From Mobula birostris (lineage: Eukaryota), in assembly GCF_030028105.1 (NCBI RefSeq), contig NC_092379.1, positions 29,133,821-29,197,820 of the forward strand: a stretch of DNA of 64,000 nucleotides. The letters run 5' to 3'. The notes under the pieces were generated by a model. That model saw only the letters and a program-made list of their open reading frames with translations. It did no database searches and was not told where the DNA came from. The position numbers and the translations under genes were made by a program. Below, piece by piece: positions 49,721-61,902 of this stretch. The stretch's first letter is position 1. The number at the start of each line of letters is the position of its first letter.

Positions 49721-51539
49721 TATTTTCTTTTGTATAATGACAATATAAGTTTTTTTTGCTGTGCTGCATTATATCCTTCAATTAATCAATTAAATTAAAA
49801 GAACGCGATTTTTTTTCAATTTTCTTTCCAAATATTCATATTATGCATATTACAAAAATAAATAAAATGCCTTGCAGTTTCCAGGCCATGTAAAAATTTC
49901 CTACTCATATTAATGGTTGGTCCACAGAGCTGTAAAAACATAATTAGAGGGATGATGCCCATGCACTTCACCCTGTGTATTTTCGACATGTACAAACAAC
50001 ATTAAGGGCCGAGAGACTACTCTTTTCCATAGATGCTGCCTGGCCTGCTGAGTTCCTCCAGCAATTTGTGTGTGATTATCATTACTACCATCGGGAGGCG
50101 CTACAGGACCAGAAGACACATACTAAACGATTCAGGAACCGATTTTTCCACTCAGCAATCTGAATTTTGGCCGATGCGTGAACCCGTAAGCGCTAGTTCA
50201 TAATTCCTCGTTTTATATCTATTGTTTTGTTATTTATAGTAATTTTAAGGCTCAGCAAATTTATTACTGCCGCAAAAATAACAAATTTCACATCATATGT
50301 CAGTGATAATAAGTCTGATTCTGAATCTTGTCCTGATGGAAGTTCTCGGCCCCAAACTGTTTATTCCCCTCAGTAGATTCTTTCCGACCTGCTGACTTCC
50401 TCCAGCATTTTGTGTGTATTGCTCTGGTTTCTCCAAAGATCTGCAGAATCTCCAGTGATTCATTTATCTCTCTCCCTCCCTCTCTCTCTCTCGCTCTCTC
50501 ACTCTCGCTCTCTCTATATATATATCTGTCTGTCTATCTATCTACCAGTCTATCTCTGTCTCTCGACTCTCCCACACCCCCATCCATGCAGAGGTCACAA
50601 TCCCTCTATGAAAAAGATATTACACTAAAGTCTGTTTGTCTCCCAATGCCACTGACCCTGTCACTCTGTCCTTATTCCTCTCTCTACTTCTTCTCATCCT
50701 CTTTGTTTTCTCACTCTATCTCTTTATCTCTCTTGGCCTCTCTCATTCACAGCGTCTTTGCCTCTATTTCGGTCTCTCGATCTTTCTGTGAACATGGAAT
50801 ACCAAACCAAATCTACATGTTCAACTGACTGTCAATTGCTTGTCTAAGTGTTTGTCTATTTCTGATTATACAACACTGAAGCAAGTCAAACTGCCCACCA
50901 TATGTTGATCAGGCATCAAGTTTCTATCTGCATGAATCGTTGCAGAGGAGCAACACCCACAACATGCAGGAGGGACTCAACAAGCCGGACAGCATTGATG
51001 GACAAGAGGACTGTTGACGTTTCTGTCCAAAACCTTTTGGCAGTCTTGCTGAGTTCCAGCGTCTGCACATTTTCTCTTGTTTGCAGTTGCAGTTAGGAAC
51101 CATTTTCAGCAGCCTAGCCCATTGCTCTTCTGCCTTGGTAATTCAAGAATTTAAGTAGGTAATAGAACATGAGAGTTTTTCATGATTCATCTCTAGCGAA
51201 TGAACTCTTCAGTCCTCAAAAAGCAGTATGGAGCAGGGGTCAAGGCAAAGATGAATATCTACAGGTCCATGACCTGAAGAGAAAGATTAGTGCTCACGGC
51301 TTGCTTCCAAAGTGGAACATTTCATCCTGCATTTCACCCAGGCTCTGGATGTCTGAGCAACCGTCATGAACAAACTCAGAACATTTGCTTTTAAAGACCA
51401 TATCCCGCCCATTCATTGCATCCATCATATACACGAATGGTTTTGAGTAAGATGTAGGAAGTGTGATTAGCTTGCAGATGATCACAAACTTGAGGAGTTT
51501 TCTCTTTGGAGCAAAGTAAGAAAGTGTAGAAGATTACAA

Positions 51540-52790
51540 GAGGATTCAATTCTGTGGCTAGTCAGAGCCTATATTTCTCCCACAGCAGCAACGGTTAATA
51601 CCAGAGAATAACCTTTTAAGGAGAGTGGAGGAAAGTTGAGTGCAGATGTCAGATGTAGGAATTTACACAGAGAGTGATAAGTGGCTGTAACACATTTTTG
51701 GGAATGGTAGTAGAGGCAGATACATTAGGGACACTTAGGAGACCGTTGGATAAGCATAGGAATGAAAGAAAAATAGAAAGAGTCATGGGCAGATTGGGAG
51801 TGAAAGGTCAGATTGATCATAGAGTAGAATAAAGATCGGCACAATATCGTAGGGTGAAGAGCCTGTATTGTGCTGCACTGTTCTCTGTTCATTCCATGTT
51901 CTAAATTGGTGGTGTAATAGACAGTGAAGAAGGTTGTCTAAGGTTACAATGGGATATTGGTCAATTGGACAAGCGAGCTGGGGAATAGTACATGGAATTT
52001 ATCTCAGACATAAAGGTGAGAAATGATAAAGTTTCAGAACATCAACTGGGGAGGGGCGATGAATGCTGAGGAGTATTGTAGAAGAAACAAGCGTTCTGGT
52101 ATAGATACATTCTATCCTAAAAACTGACACAGATAGACAGGATGGTGAAGAAGGCATTAGACACACTTACCTTCATTGCATGGGGTACCGAATACAGGAG
52201 TTGGGATGACTCGTTGCAACTGTACAAGAATTTGGTGAGACCAAATCTGGAGTCGTGTGTGCAATTCTGGTCACCCATCTATAGCAAGGATTTCACTGAG
52301 CTGGCCGGTGTATGGAAAAGATTCACAAGGATGTTGCCAGGAAGGGAAGCCTTGGATTATGAGGCAAAATTGAATGGGCCGCCAATGGAAAAAGATGGAG
52401 GGAGTCAAAGGGTAAGGCAGCATCTATTGAGAGAAATGGCGACAGGAATGATATTGTGAAACTGGAAAAGGGTCAGAAAAGATTCAAGGTGGAGAGAGAA
52501 AGGGGGAAAGAGGGTGCATTGCACTGGAGAGAGTGCAGAGGAGATTCCCCAGGATGTTGCCGGCACTAGAGGGCTTGAGTTATAAAGAGAAACTGGATAG
52601 ACTGGGATCATTTTCAGGTGAGTGAAGGAGGCTCAGATGTGACAAGATAGTTTTATAACATTGTGTATGCTATAGATTGAGCTAAGCATCTACTTCCCAT
52701 GGTGTTGTTGTCTAAAACTGGAGGGTTTAAAGTGAGAAGGAAGATGATTAAAGGAAATCACAGGGGATAAACCTGTAATAACATAGAACA
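51540..52790 (+). mobile_element. Fragmented CR1 3' remnants
   Basis: TEYRSWD..LQLYKNLVRPNLESCVQFWSP and related 3' pieces. Confidence 0.65.
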
Positions 52791-53244
52791 TTAATTAATT
52801 TTGTAGCATTTTTTATCAGATCTTTCCTTATGAACTGGATGCTCCAAAGTACCAGCTGAAGTTTGGCAGTGAAACTTATATCAAGGCAGAGAGAGTAGGA
52901 TGGGCAACACTTGGCTGGATTTCAAGAGGATTTCTGTCAACTGTATCCCTCGTGTGTAATGACAATTGGTTCATTTTACTCTGACCATCAGCAAAATTGC
53001 TGGTAAGGTAAGCCACTTAATTTTTAAAAATTAGGATGTCTCTTCTTCATAAACATTTGAGGGCTGCTCATTCCAAGGCAGAGCAGCTGCGGTAATGCTC
53101 CATGTCTTATTCTGACTGCTCGGCAAGGGGAGAGAAATGTCCCATTATTTGTCTGTCCATGTTTCTGCTACTGAAAACATCGCCTCCAACTTTTAGGCCG
53201 AGCATAATTTAAATAGCTATTGTAAGTTGCCCGATTGTGTGTGT

Positions 53245-53690
53245 ATACTTTATACTTTATACTTTATTGTCGCCAAACAATTGATACTAGAACGTACAAT
53301 CATCACAGCGATATTTGATTCTGCGCTTCCCACTCCGTGGATTACAAATCGATAGTAAATATTTAAAATTTAAATTGTAAATCATAAATAGAAAATATAA
53401 AAATGGAAAGTAAGGTAGTGCAAAAACAACGAGATGCAGGTCCGGATATTTGGAAGGTACGGCCCAGATCCGGGTCAGGATCCGTTCAGCAGTCTATCAC
53501 AGTTGGAACGAAGCTCTTCCCAAATCTGGCCGTAAGAGTCTTCAGGCACCTGAGCCTTCTCCCGGAGGGAAGAGGGACGAAAAGTGTGTTGGGAGGGTGG
53601 GTCGTGTCCTTGATTATTCTGGCAGCACTGCTCCGACAGCATGCGGTGTAAAGTGAGTCCAAGGACGGAAGATTGGTTTGTGTGATGTGC
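53245..53690 (-). mobile_element. Young Rex1/Babar-type LINE 3' end
   Basis: ARIIKDTTHP.N.LF.PLPSGRR.R.LKT.TARF..SF.P with a (TAAAGTA)n tail. Confidence 0.75.
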
Positions 53691-54129
53691 AGAAGGAATA
53701 AGGAGAATAAAAGCAGAAGAATGCCTGAGCACTTAGCACGACTGCCACAGAGCTCGAGTGAACCTGGTTCAATCCTGAGTTCGGTAGATGGAAACTGGGA
53801 TGATCTGCCAGAGTGGCTGGTGGGAGAAGTAACAGTAACAAACTTCAAGAGGATTAAACACATGTGGGATTAATCTAATTGCCCAGTGTCATTGAAGCTG
53901 CACTCAACCAGGGAAGTGGTCATTGTCCCATCACATAGATAGACAAGATGATGAACCCTGCGGCAATGGGCCGAAGGGGTTGCTTCTCCGCTGTGCAACT
54001 CTTTGTGATTCCTATGGTGTTCTATTGACCTCCCTGTACTCCTCCAGGTGCAGAACCCTCGGCTTGCAAGGAACTCAGAACCCAAGGCCTCATGGAAGAG
54101 CACTTCAAAGATTAAACAACCTCAGAGTG

Positions 54130-54560
54130 AAGATACGTTTCCTTTTCTTTCCACCCTAAACAATGCTGGAGGAACTCAACAGGTCAGGCAGAATCTATGT
54201 AGGGAAATAAACACTCGATGTTTCAGGCTGAGATCCTTCATCAGGACTGGAAAGGGAAGGAACAAAGGGCAGAATAAGAAGGTGGGTAAGGTGGAATAGA
54301 AGCTGGCAGGTGATAGGTTAGATCAGGTAAGGAGGAAGGGGTAATGGGAGAAGGGGGCTGAGAAGTTGGGGGTGATTGGTGGAAGAAGGACTGAAGGAGA
54401 AGGAAATGTAATATGAGGAAAGTGTGGACTACTGAATAAAAGGAAGGAGGTTGGAAACCAGCGGGAGGTGTTGGGCAGATCAAAAGCACAGGGATCGGAA
54501 AATGGTGGAAATAGTTGACAACGCAACAACATTCAACAGTTATAACAGAACTCGGTAAAA
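54130..54560 (-). mobile_element. Penelope pLTR-like repeat with mutated hammerhead (54212-54249)
   Basis: Minus strand CAGTC-CTGATGA-AGGATCTCAGCCT-GAAA-CA-TC-GAGTG. Confidence 0.65.
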
Positions 54561-55074
54561 TCATTGTGCTACCACTAAAATGATCCAATTACACTGGTCA
54601 ACGATTATGTTTCCTGAATACTCTTGCATGTATCATATTTATTTTGAGCTGCTGACAATAAAAATCATCAAATTTCCCTGGAAGGCAATATCTTTTGAAA
54701 GCACCTGTATTTTTATTTCAGTTCACAATTCAAAGCAATTAAAATGTTGCACATCATGTAAGCTGAAAAGTTTTCTACCGTGTCCAGGCATGCTCAGGCA
54801 GGGTGGGTGCTGCATGGCAGGACTGGTTTAAGAAAGGCTATAAAGCATCATATATATACCGTTCTATGCTTTGCATTTGCACGTATATCGGTTTTCGATC
54901 ATCTCGATGCACATGCTCTACCAGCATAGCATATTGTACATACTCATTGTAATAAAGTGATTGTATTCTCAGGAGTATTTGTGATAGCAAAATGGCTTAC
55001 CAATGTTGCAACAGCCGTGATTCTTTCTTTTTATATTTGTAGTGAATAGTTGGGACATAAATAGAAGTGGCCCC

Positions 55075-56096
55075 TAATCATTCCCAGACGGCATCATGTT
55101 ATATCCCTCCTTGTGCAATATTACCACGTGGAGTCACAACATCAAGGACGTCACTTTACTGAGAGAGCTGTCCGCTCAGACGGCTATGGCTACAGGATTC
55201 TGGGTGCCAAAGACTGTGTAAGCAGTTTGATCTTCAATTGCATCACCTGTCGTAAACTTCGGGGGACATGTGAAGTCCGGAAAATGGCTGACTTCCCTCC
55301 TGATAGACTTAGCATGGAACCGCCTGCTACGCATGTTGGTGTTGATGTATTTGGACCCTGGACCATCTCTGTGCGCCGTAGGAGGGGTGGCCACGCCGAA
55401 AGTAAAAGATGGGCAGTTTTATTTACCTGTTTAAGCATCAGAGCTATCCACCTGGAGGTCATAGAGACAATGGACAGCTCAAGTTTTATAAATAGGCTGA
55501 GAAGGTTCCTGGCGATCCGTGGGCCAGTCAAGGAAATCCGTTATGACCGGGGAACGAATTTCATCGGAGCGTGTTAAGATCTAGGAATCTCCTCCAATGT
55601 TGATGAAGGTATGATGAAGAGGTATCTCTCAGAAAAGAGGTGTACCTGGATATTCATTCAGCCTCTGTCCTCCCATATGGGAGGGGCTTTGGAGAGAATG
55701 ATCGGCATCCCCCGCAAAATCCTGGACTCCATACTTCTCCATCCAGGGCCTTCTAGACTCACTCATGAGGTGCTCACCATCTTTATGGCCGAGGTGATGG
55801 CCATTGTGAACAATAGGCCTCTAGTGCCCGTGTCTGCAGATGCAGAAGATCCATTCATTCTCACTCTTGCCACGCTGCTCACACAGAAAAGCGGCCTTAT
55901 CCCACTCCTCCAGGTGAGTTCGACAGCAAGGACCTGTACACGAGACAGTGGCGACAGGTGCAAAGCCTCGCCAGTACCTTCTGGAACAGATACTTATTTA
56001 CCTTGCAGTTACGAAGGAAATGGACGTCCAGTAGGTCAAACATCACACCAGGATCTGTGGTGCTCATGAGGGATTGTCAATCCAAGAGAAGTGACT
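55075..56096 (+). mobile_element. BEL/Pao LTR-retrotransposon integrase remnant
   Basis: H...HQGRHFT...C.TCRKLRG...MAD.PPDRL..EPP.T.VGVDVFGPW...KRWAVLFTCLS.RAIHLEVIE.MD.SSFIN.LRRF.AIRGP....D.GTNFIGA, then HMGG..ERMIGI.RKILDS. Confidence 0.9.
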
Positions 56097-56158
56097 GAAA
56101 GATACTGGCATGGTATCTTAGGCTGAAGGACAGGACGCAGCGAGTAGGAATAAAAGGG

Positions 56159-56286
56159 AAACAACAGGAATTCTGCAGATGCTGGAAATTCAAGCAACAC
56201 ACATCAAAGTTGCTGGTGAACGCAGCAGGCCAGGCAGCATCTGTAGGAAGAGGTGCAGTCGACGTTTCAGGCCGAGACCCTTCGTC
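56159..56286 (-). mobile_element. 128-bp hammerhead-bearing Penelope-derived short element with 13-bp TSD
   Basis: AGGAATAAAAGGG at 56146-56158 and 56287-56299. Empty site at about 26650 in the paralog. Contains CTGACGA-AGGGTCTCGGCCT-GAAA-CG-TC-GACTG. Confidence 0.8.
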
Positions 56287-58354
56287 AGGAATAAAAGGGG
56301 CCTTTTCTGGTTGGCTGCCGGTGACTTTTGTTCCTCCTCGGAGTCAGTATTGGGACAGTTACTTTTCACATTGTTTGTCAGTGATTTAGATAATAGAATT
56401 GATGGCTTTGTGGCAAAGTTTGAGAATGATACGAATATAGGTGGAGGAGTAGAAGTGCCGAGGTAGCAATACGATTGCAGCAGACAGACAAATTGGAAGA
56501 ATGGTTAAAAAAAAAAATTGGCAGATGAAACACAGTGTTAGGAAATGTATGATAATGCATTTTGGTAAAATGAACAATAGTGCAGACCATTATCTAAATG
56601 GGGCGAAGTTTCAAATCAGCAGGGGTGCAAAGGGACTTAGGAGTCCTCGTGCAAGACTCCCAGAAAGTTAATTTACAGGTCGATTCTGCGGTAAGGAATG
56701 CAAATGCAATGTTGGCACTTATTTCAAGGTTAATAGAATATAAAAGCGAAGTGATAATTCTGAGCCTTTATAAGACCCTAGTGTATTGTCAACAGTTTTG
56801 GGCTCTATATCTCAGAAAGTATGTGCTGTCATTAGAGGGAAGGTTTACAGGGATGATTCTGGGAACGAAGTGGCTAACATATGAGGAGTGTTTCGCAGCT
56901 TTGGGTCTGTACTCACAGGAATTTAGAAGTATGTGGAGAGATCTATTGAAACCGAATGCTAAAAGGAGTAGATAGGCTGGATATGGAGAGGATGTTTCCT
57001 ATTGTAAGGAGTATCCACAACTAAAGGGCAGAGCCTCGTAAATGCAGGACAATCGTTTAGAGCAGAGTTAAGGGTGAATTTATTTGGCAGAGGGAAGTGA
57101 ATCTATGGAAAGCTCTGCCATGGACTGTGGTGGAGGCCAAGTCCGGGGGTATATTTAAGGCGGAAGTTGATCATTTCGTGTTGGTCAGGGCGTCAAGGAT
57201 ATGGTGAGAAGGATGATGTATGGGGTTGATTGGGATCTGGAATCAGCCATGATGGAATGGCGGAACAGACTCGATGGGCTGAATGGCCTAATACTGCTCC
57301 TATGTCTTGTGGTCTTACACCTGACAATGATGCTGCCAGTTTGAATGCTCTCCGCAATAGATTTATAGAAATTTGCGAGATTCTTTGGTGACATACCAAA
57401 AGTCCTTGAAAATTAGCCGTTATCGTGCATTCTTTGTAGCCGTATCGATATGCTGGGCGCAAGATATTGACACCTAGGAAGTTCAAATTGCTAATTATCC
57501 ACTTCTCATCCCTTTATGACGACTGGTATGCGTTACTCCTGTTAGCATTCGTGATGTCCACTCGTTAAAGTCCACAATCAATTCCTTGGACTTACTGTCG
57601 TTGACTCCAAGTTTGTAGCTGTGCGACACCTCAACGAGGTGATATATCTCTTTCCATAAATGCTGCCTGATTTGGGTTTTACCAGCATTTTTGTTTTAGA
57701 GTTTCAGCATCTGCAATTTTTTTTTGTTTTCGTATCAAAATATTTGTATGTTTTACTTGTTACAATGCAGAAGGAAGCCTTTTTGCTCATTAGGTTCGTG
57801 CCAGCTCTCAGGAGATCAGTCTCGCTTCCTCTTTCCTATGATCCCTGCTACTTGCTCTCTCTTCATTCTCATTGAATCTGTTACCAATGACCTACAGTAA
57901 GGGTAATTTGCAGTAGCCAATTGACCTGCTGCCACATCTTTAGAATTTGGTAGCGAGCTGGGGTAAACCCTCCTGGCCACAAGCTGCACATGGATAGCAT
58001 GGAGGGTCAGGATTGAGCCAGCTCCTTGGAGTTGTGAGACAGTAGTGCTAACTGTACCATTGCTGTACATTTTCAAAACACTGAAATTTGAAAAATATTA
58101 TCCAAGGGTTGGTAAATTTAAAATACTGGATGTAAATTTAAATGGAATCAGAATAGTTTGCATGGCATGTTTTAGAGCTATGTTAATGAGCTAAATGCCA
58201 ATTCAGAAGGGTGTGAACAATGGCAGTTCCAGTATAGAAATCTTAAACTTCATTAGAAATTTTTGTAGGGTTGTTCTTATGACAATATTGTACCAAGCAT
58301 TAAATAATCCTGCCACTCTGGCTATGCAAACTAAAATATTTTGCAGCACAAGTC

Positions 58355-58713
58355 GACAGGCTAGATGCAGGAAGATTGTTCCTGATGTTGGGGAAGTCCA
58401 GAACAAGGAGTCACAGTTTGAGGATAAAGGGGAAGCCTTTAAGGACCGAGATTAGGAAAAACTTTTTCGCTCAGAGAGTGGTGAATCTGTAGAATTCTCT
58501 GCCACAGGAAGCAGTTGAGGCCAGTACATTGGCTATATTTAAAAGGGAGTTAGATATGGCCCTTGTGGCTACGGGGATCAGGGGGTATGAAGGGAAGGCT
58601 GGTGCGGGGTTCTGAGTTGGATGATCAGCCATGATCATAATAAATGGCGGTGCAGGCTCGAAGGGCCGAATGGCCTACTCCTGCACCTATTTTCTATGTT
58701 TCTATGTTTCTAT
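58355..58713 (+). mobile_element. Short 3' fragment of the young CR1 family, within an insert of about 1.06 kb (about 57656-58713) absent from the paralog
   Basis: Same 3' UTR and (TTTCTATG)n tail as 18836 and 44731. The Rex remnant resumes at about 58716. Confidence 0.88.
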
Positions 58714-59813
58714 CCATCTCCTGGACGCCCTCTCGTCACTATGTGAAATTCTCCCAACAATAGTTGTGACGTCAGCAAACTGATAGATGGTATTTCAGTT
58801 GTACCCAGCCACACAGTCGTGGGTGTAGAGAGAGGCGGCAGAGAGCTCTCCCTGTTGGGGTACCAGTGCAAACTGTCGAGGACACAACACAGCACATCAC
58901 GGAACGCCCCTCCCTAAACTCTTATCTATACCTCTCACTGCTTCTTTAAAATAGACAGAACAATTAAAGACTTCACTCAGTCTAGCCATTCTCTTTTCTG
59001 ACTCTTTTACGTTGGCATATGATACAACCCCTGAAACCCTGAAATCACGCACCACCAGGCTCAGTGACAACTGTTATAAGACAATTGCATAGTTCCTTTC
59101 GACAAAAAGATATAATTTTAACCTTATTCTCTCGCATTCTCTCTCGCTCTACATACTGCTCTTTCGACCAACATCGTTCTCGCAATCTCATTGCTCTCCA
59201 CGTCTAACTCTTTCATTCACTTACTCCCTCTCTAACCTTCTCTGTCAATTGTACCGCCTTCTTTCCCCCGCCAGATTACTGTTCCTATCTATTTCCCCTT
59301 TTGCTCGGATACTTGCAGTTATTTCTCATTCGCAAAACCTTATCTACGAATTAGTTGATCTCCACTCCTCGTAGGAAACTGCTATTCCAGGTTCTGGGTG
59401 TGCTGTAATTCTTGTCCCTCTTCCCCTACAACCTCCAGTAGCCTCTGAGCAAGGAGCTGTGTTGTCGCCTGAATGGGGTGGTGTTCGATGTTCAACAGGA
59501 AATGGTGGAGCGAGGGTGCCTTCTAATGCGCCCAATATACGCAGGATGAGCTTTTGGCCCGAGCCGACGTCGCTCTGCATGAAGGAGCGCTGATCCGTGC
59601 AAAAATATACAGCGGAATCGGGCGCAAAACCACCGGAGATATTTCAATGGCCATTTTTGTCAAAACAACCTGACATCGTAGCCGATGTATTTTACTACCG
59701 AGTTCCGTCCTCGTAAGTCAAACACATTACCCTCACAAATATTTGGGTGCGCCACTTCCAGTTTTCTAGCAAAAGACGTCCTCTAGCGATCCCTCACTGT
59801 ATCACACCACGAC

Positions 59814-60146
59814 ATATTTTATCGGAGGTACACGGCGGAGTCTGACACAAGAGCTCCAGAGATATCAAAATGAGCCATCTTGCTGCCTCTCTACAGAGCA
59901 GCGGTAAATCTCACTGGAGATTCTGGAGATCCAGAGCTATATAACTTCAGCAAGTACTTAGGAGTTTCCCCGAGATGACAATCGTACCAAACACAATGCA
60001 CGGACGCCATTGTAATTACAGATCAGTCCTGCGATCTGTCCTTCCTCAAACGTTAATTCAGGCGACTGCTGAGTCAGTGAATCTTGCCCACTCGCTCCTT
60101 CAAGAAAAGGACAACCAATATGAACCAAAGAACGGAGGGAGCACAT
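59814..60146 (-). pseudogene. TRAV/TRDV: TCR V pseudogene, family A, intronless; Cys104 region, heptamer and spacer deleted
   Basis: MCSLRSLVHIGCPFLE-GASGQDSLTQQSPELTFEEGQIAGLICNYNG, then the same frameshift as at 29.3 kb and stops. About 42 nt is missing relative to 29111-29152. Confidence 0.87.
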
Positions 60147-61431
60147 GGTGTCTGGCTCCCTGCTCGATCGAAAAGCAGCTTACTTCCAAATAGTTAATAA
60201 CGTTCGCCAATATTGCAGATTCTGATCAGTCCTGCTACCCCTCTAAGCATGTTGCTCAGTCAATAGATTTATTGGTGTGAACAAATAATCCGGTTCCCAA
60301 TCAGAATTAGCATTGCCTCGTGTCGTCTTTCTGTTTCTGTTTGTTTTCATAACCTATTTTCTCTCGCTCCTGCATCTCGCGTTGTCTCTCCTGCTTCCAC
60401 TCATCTGCAATCTCACTCACTCATTCTCACGCAGACAACCAGCTGCCTCTTCCTTTCTTGTCGTCTACCTCTCTCTCCCTCTTTCAAACAAGCACACACA
60501 CAGCATCGCTCCCTGTCTGTACCGCATTGATTCACAGACTGTGTCCACAGTCGCCATGTTCGTCGCCCTAACTCTTCCTTCCTTTCTACTTGCACGAGAT
60601 TTAACTACCTCCGTTACTCATTCTTCTAAACTATCCATCGCTGTCCTTCCTTTTCTTATTTCCTCCCCTTTGTCGTTCATTCCCTACCGTTTTTAATCCT
60701 TTTCCCCTCACATTCCTGCTCTCTATCTCGTTCCTTTCCATCCAACTATTCATTATTTCTTTTTTTTTCTTTCTTCCTATTTCATCGCTCACTACTTTGC
60801 ACGCTTTCATCGCTCTCCCTTGCTTTTTCCTTCACGCTCTCGTCCTCTCTTTCCACATTATCCTTTTCCATTTCTCGGGTTCTCTCTGTACCCCCACACT
60901 CAATTTCAGTTGCTCGCACTCTCTTTCCGCTGCGTTTCCGCTTCCCTCCCTCTCTCTCATCCAGCGTATTGCTCACTTGACCACCATTCTTTTCGCTCTC
61001 TCACTTCGTCATTGCCCTCTGGACCTCCATATTTCACTTACTTACTCTCCCCCCTCTCTCTCTCTCTCTCTCTCTCGCTCGCTCTATCCCGCCATACATC
61101 ATCACAATCTCACCCCACCTTCCACAGCACTATCGCTCTTTCTGAGAACGCTATCCACACATAATATACATGTCTCGCCTTCCTCGCCTCCGAGTCCGAA
61201 AGTAAGGGACACGCCACTGAGGTCAGAGGGAAATGGGAACGTCTCTGCTCGGCAGTGGTCGGAGCGGGTTAGTGAGGGTATTGAATCATTTGTTGCTCGG
61301 CGCGGCAGACTTCAGTAGCGCCACACCGGGGAGGGTACATTTTTGACAGGGTACCATGGACGGAACTTATTTGATGTTGTGAGTGTGGCTCAGGGCGCCC
61401 TCTACAGCGGGAGCCTGCTACACTCAGGGTG

Positions 61432-61470
61432 AGTTTTTGTCCTGATCCGCCGTCACCCTGGAGCACTGTG
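61432..61470 (-). other. 23-RSS (CACAGTG/23/ACAAAAACT)
   Basis: Identical to 30612-30650. Confidence 0.95.
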
Positions 61471-61902
61471 GGCTCCACGGCGCAAAGATACAGGGCGGAA
61501 TCCGGCATGACAGTCTTGGAAATACTTAAATAAAACCGCTGGCCAGTTTTGTTTAGAGAACCTGAAACCCTGTCCGAAATGCCTTCAGGCCGATCCGTGT
61601 CTCCTGTGCTGAATATTGTTAACAATAGTTTCAGAGATTTTCCAGAATGTTGAGCGTACCAGAAATAGGTTCTGCCCGTTTCCGAGTAGGGGCAGCTCAG
61701 CGACGCTGTTTCACCTTCCTTGATCATTAATTCCCTCTGATCTTGAGTCACCGAGATTGCCGCACTCGTACCTGTCACAAATCCCAGAGTGTGTTAGCGG
61801 CGCCGAATCGCACTGAACATGAAAAACACGCGCCAACCGATTAACCAGAGACTCACTAGGGACAGCAGCCGTTAGAATCAGCAACCAATACATGGGAGAC
61901 AT
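61471..61902 (-). CDS. TRAV/TRDV: Intact TCR alpha/delta-type V segment, family B copy 2. Leader 61857-61902, intron 61772-61856, V exon 61471-61771
   Basis: MSPMYWLLILTAAVP-S-TSAAISVTQDQRELMIKEGETASLSCPYSETGRTYFWYAQHSGKSLKLLLTIFSTGDTDRPEGISDRVSGSLNKTGQRFYLSISKTVMPDSALYLCAVEP. Confidence 0.93.
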
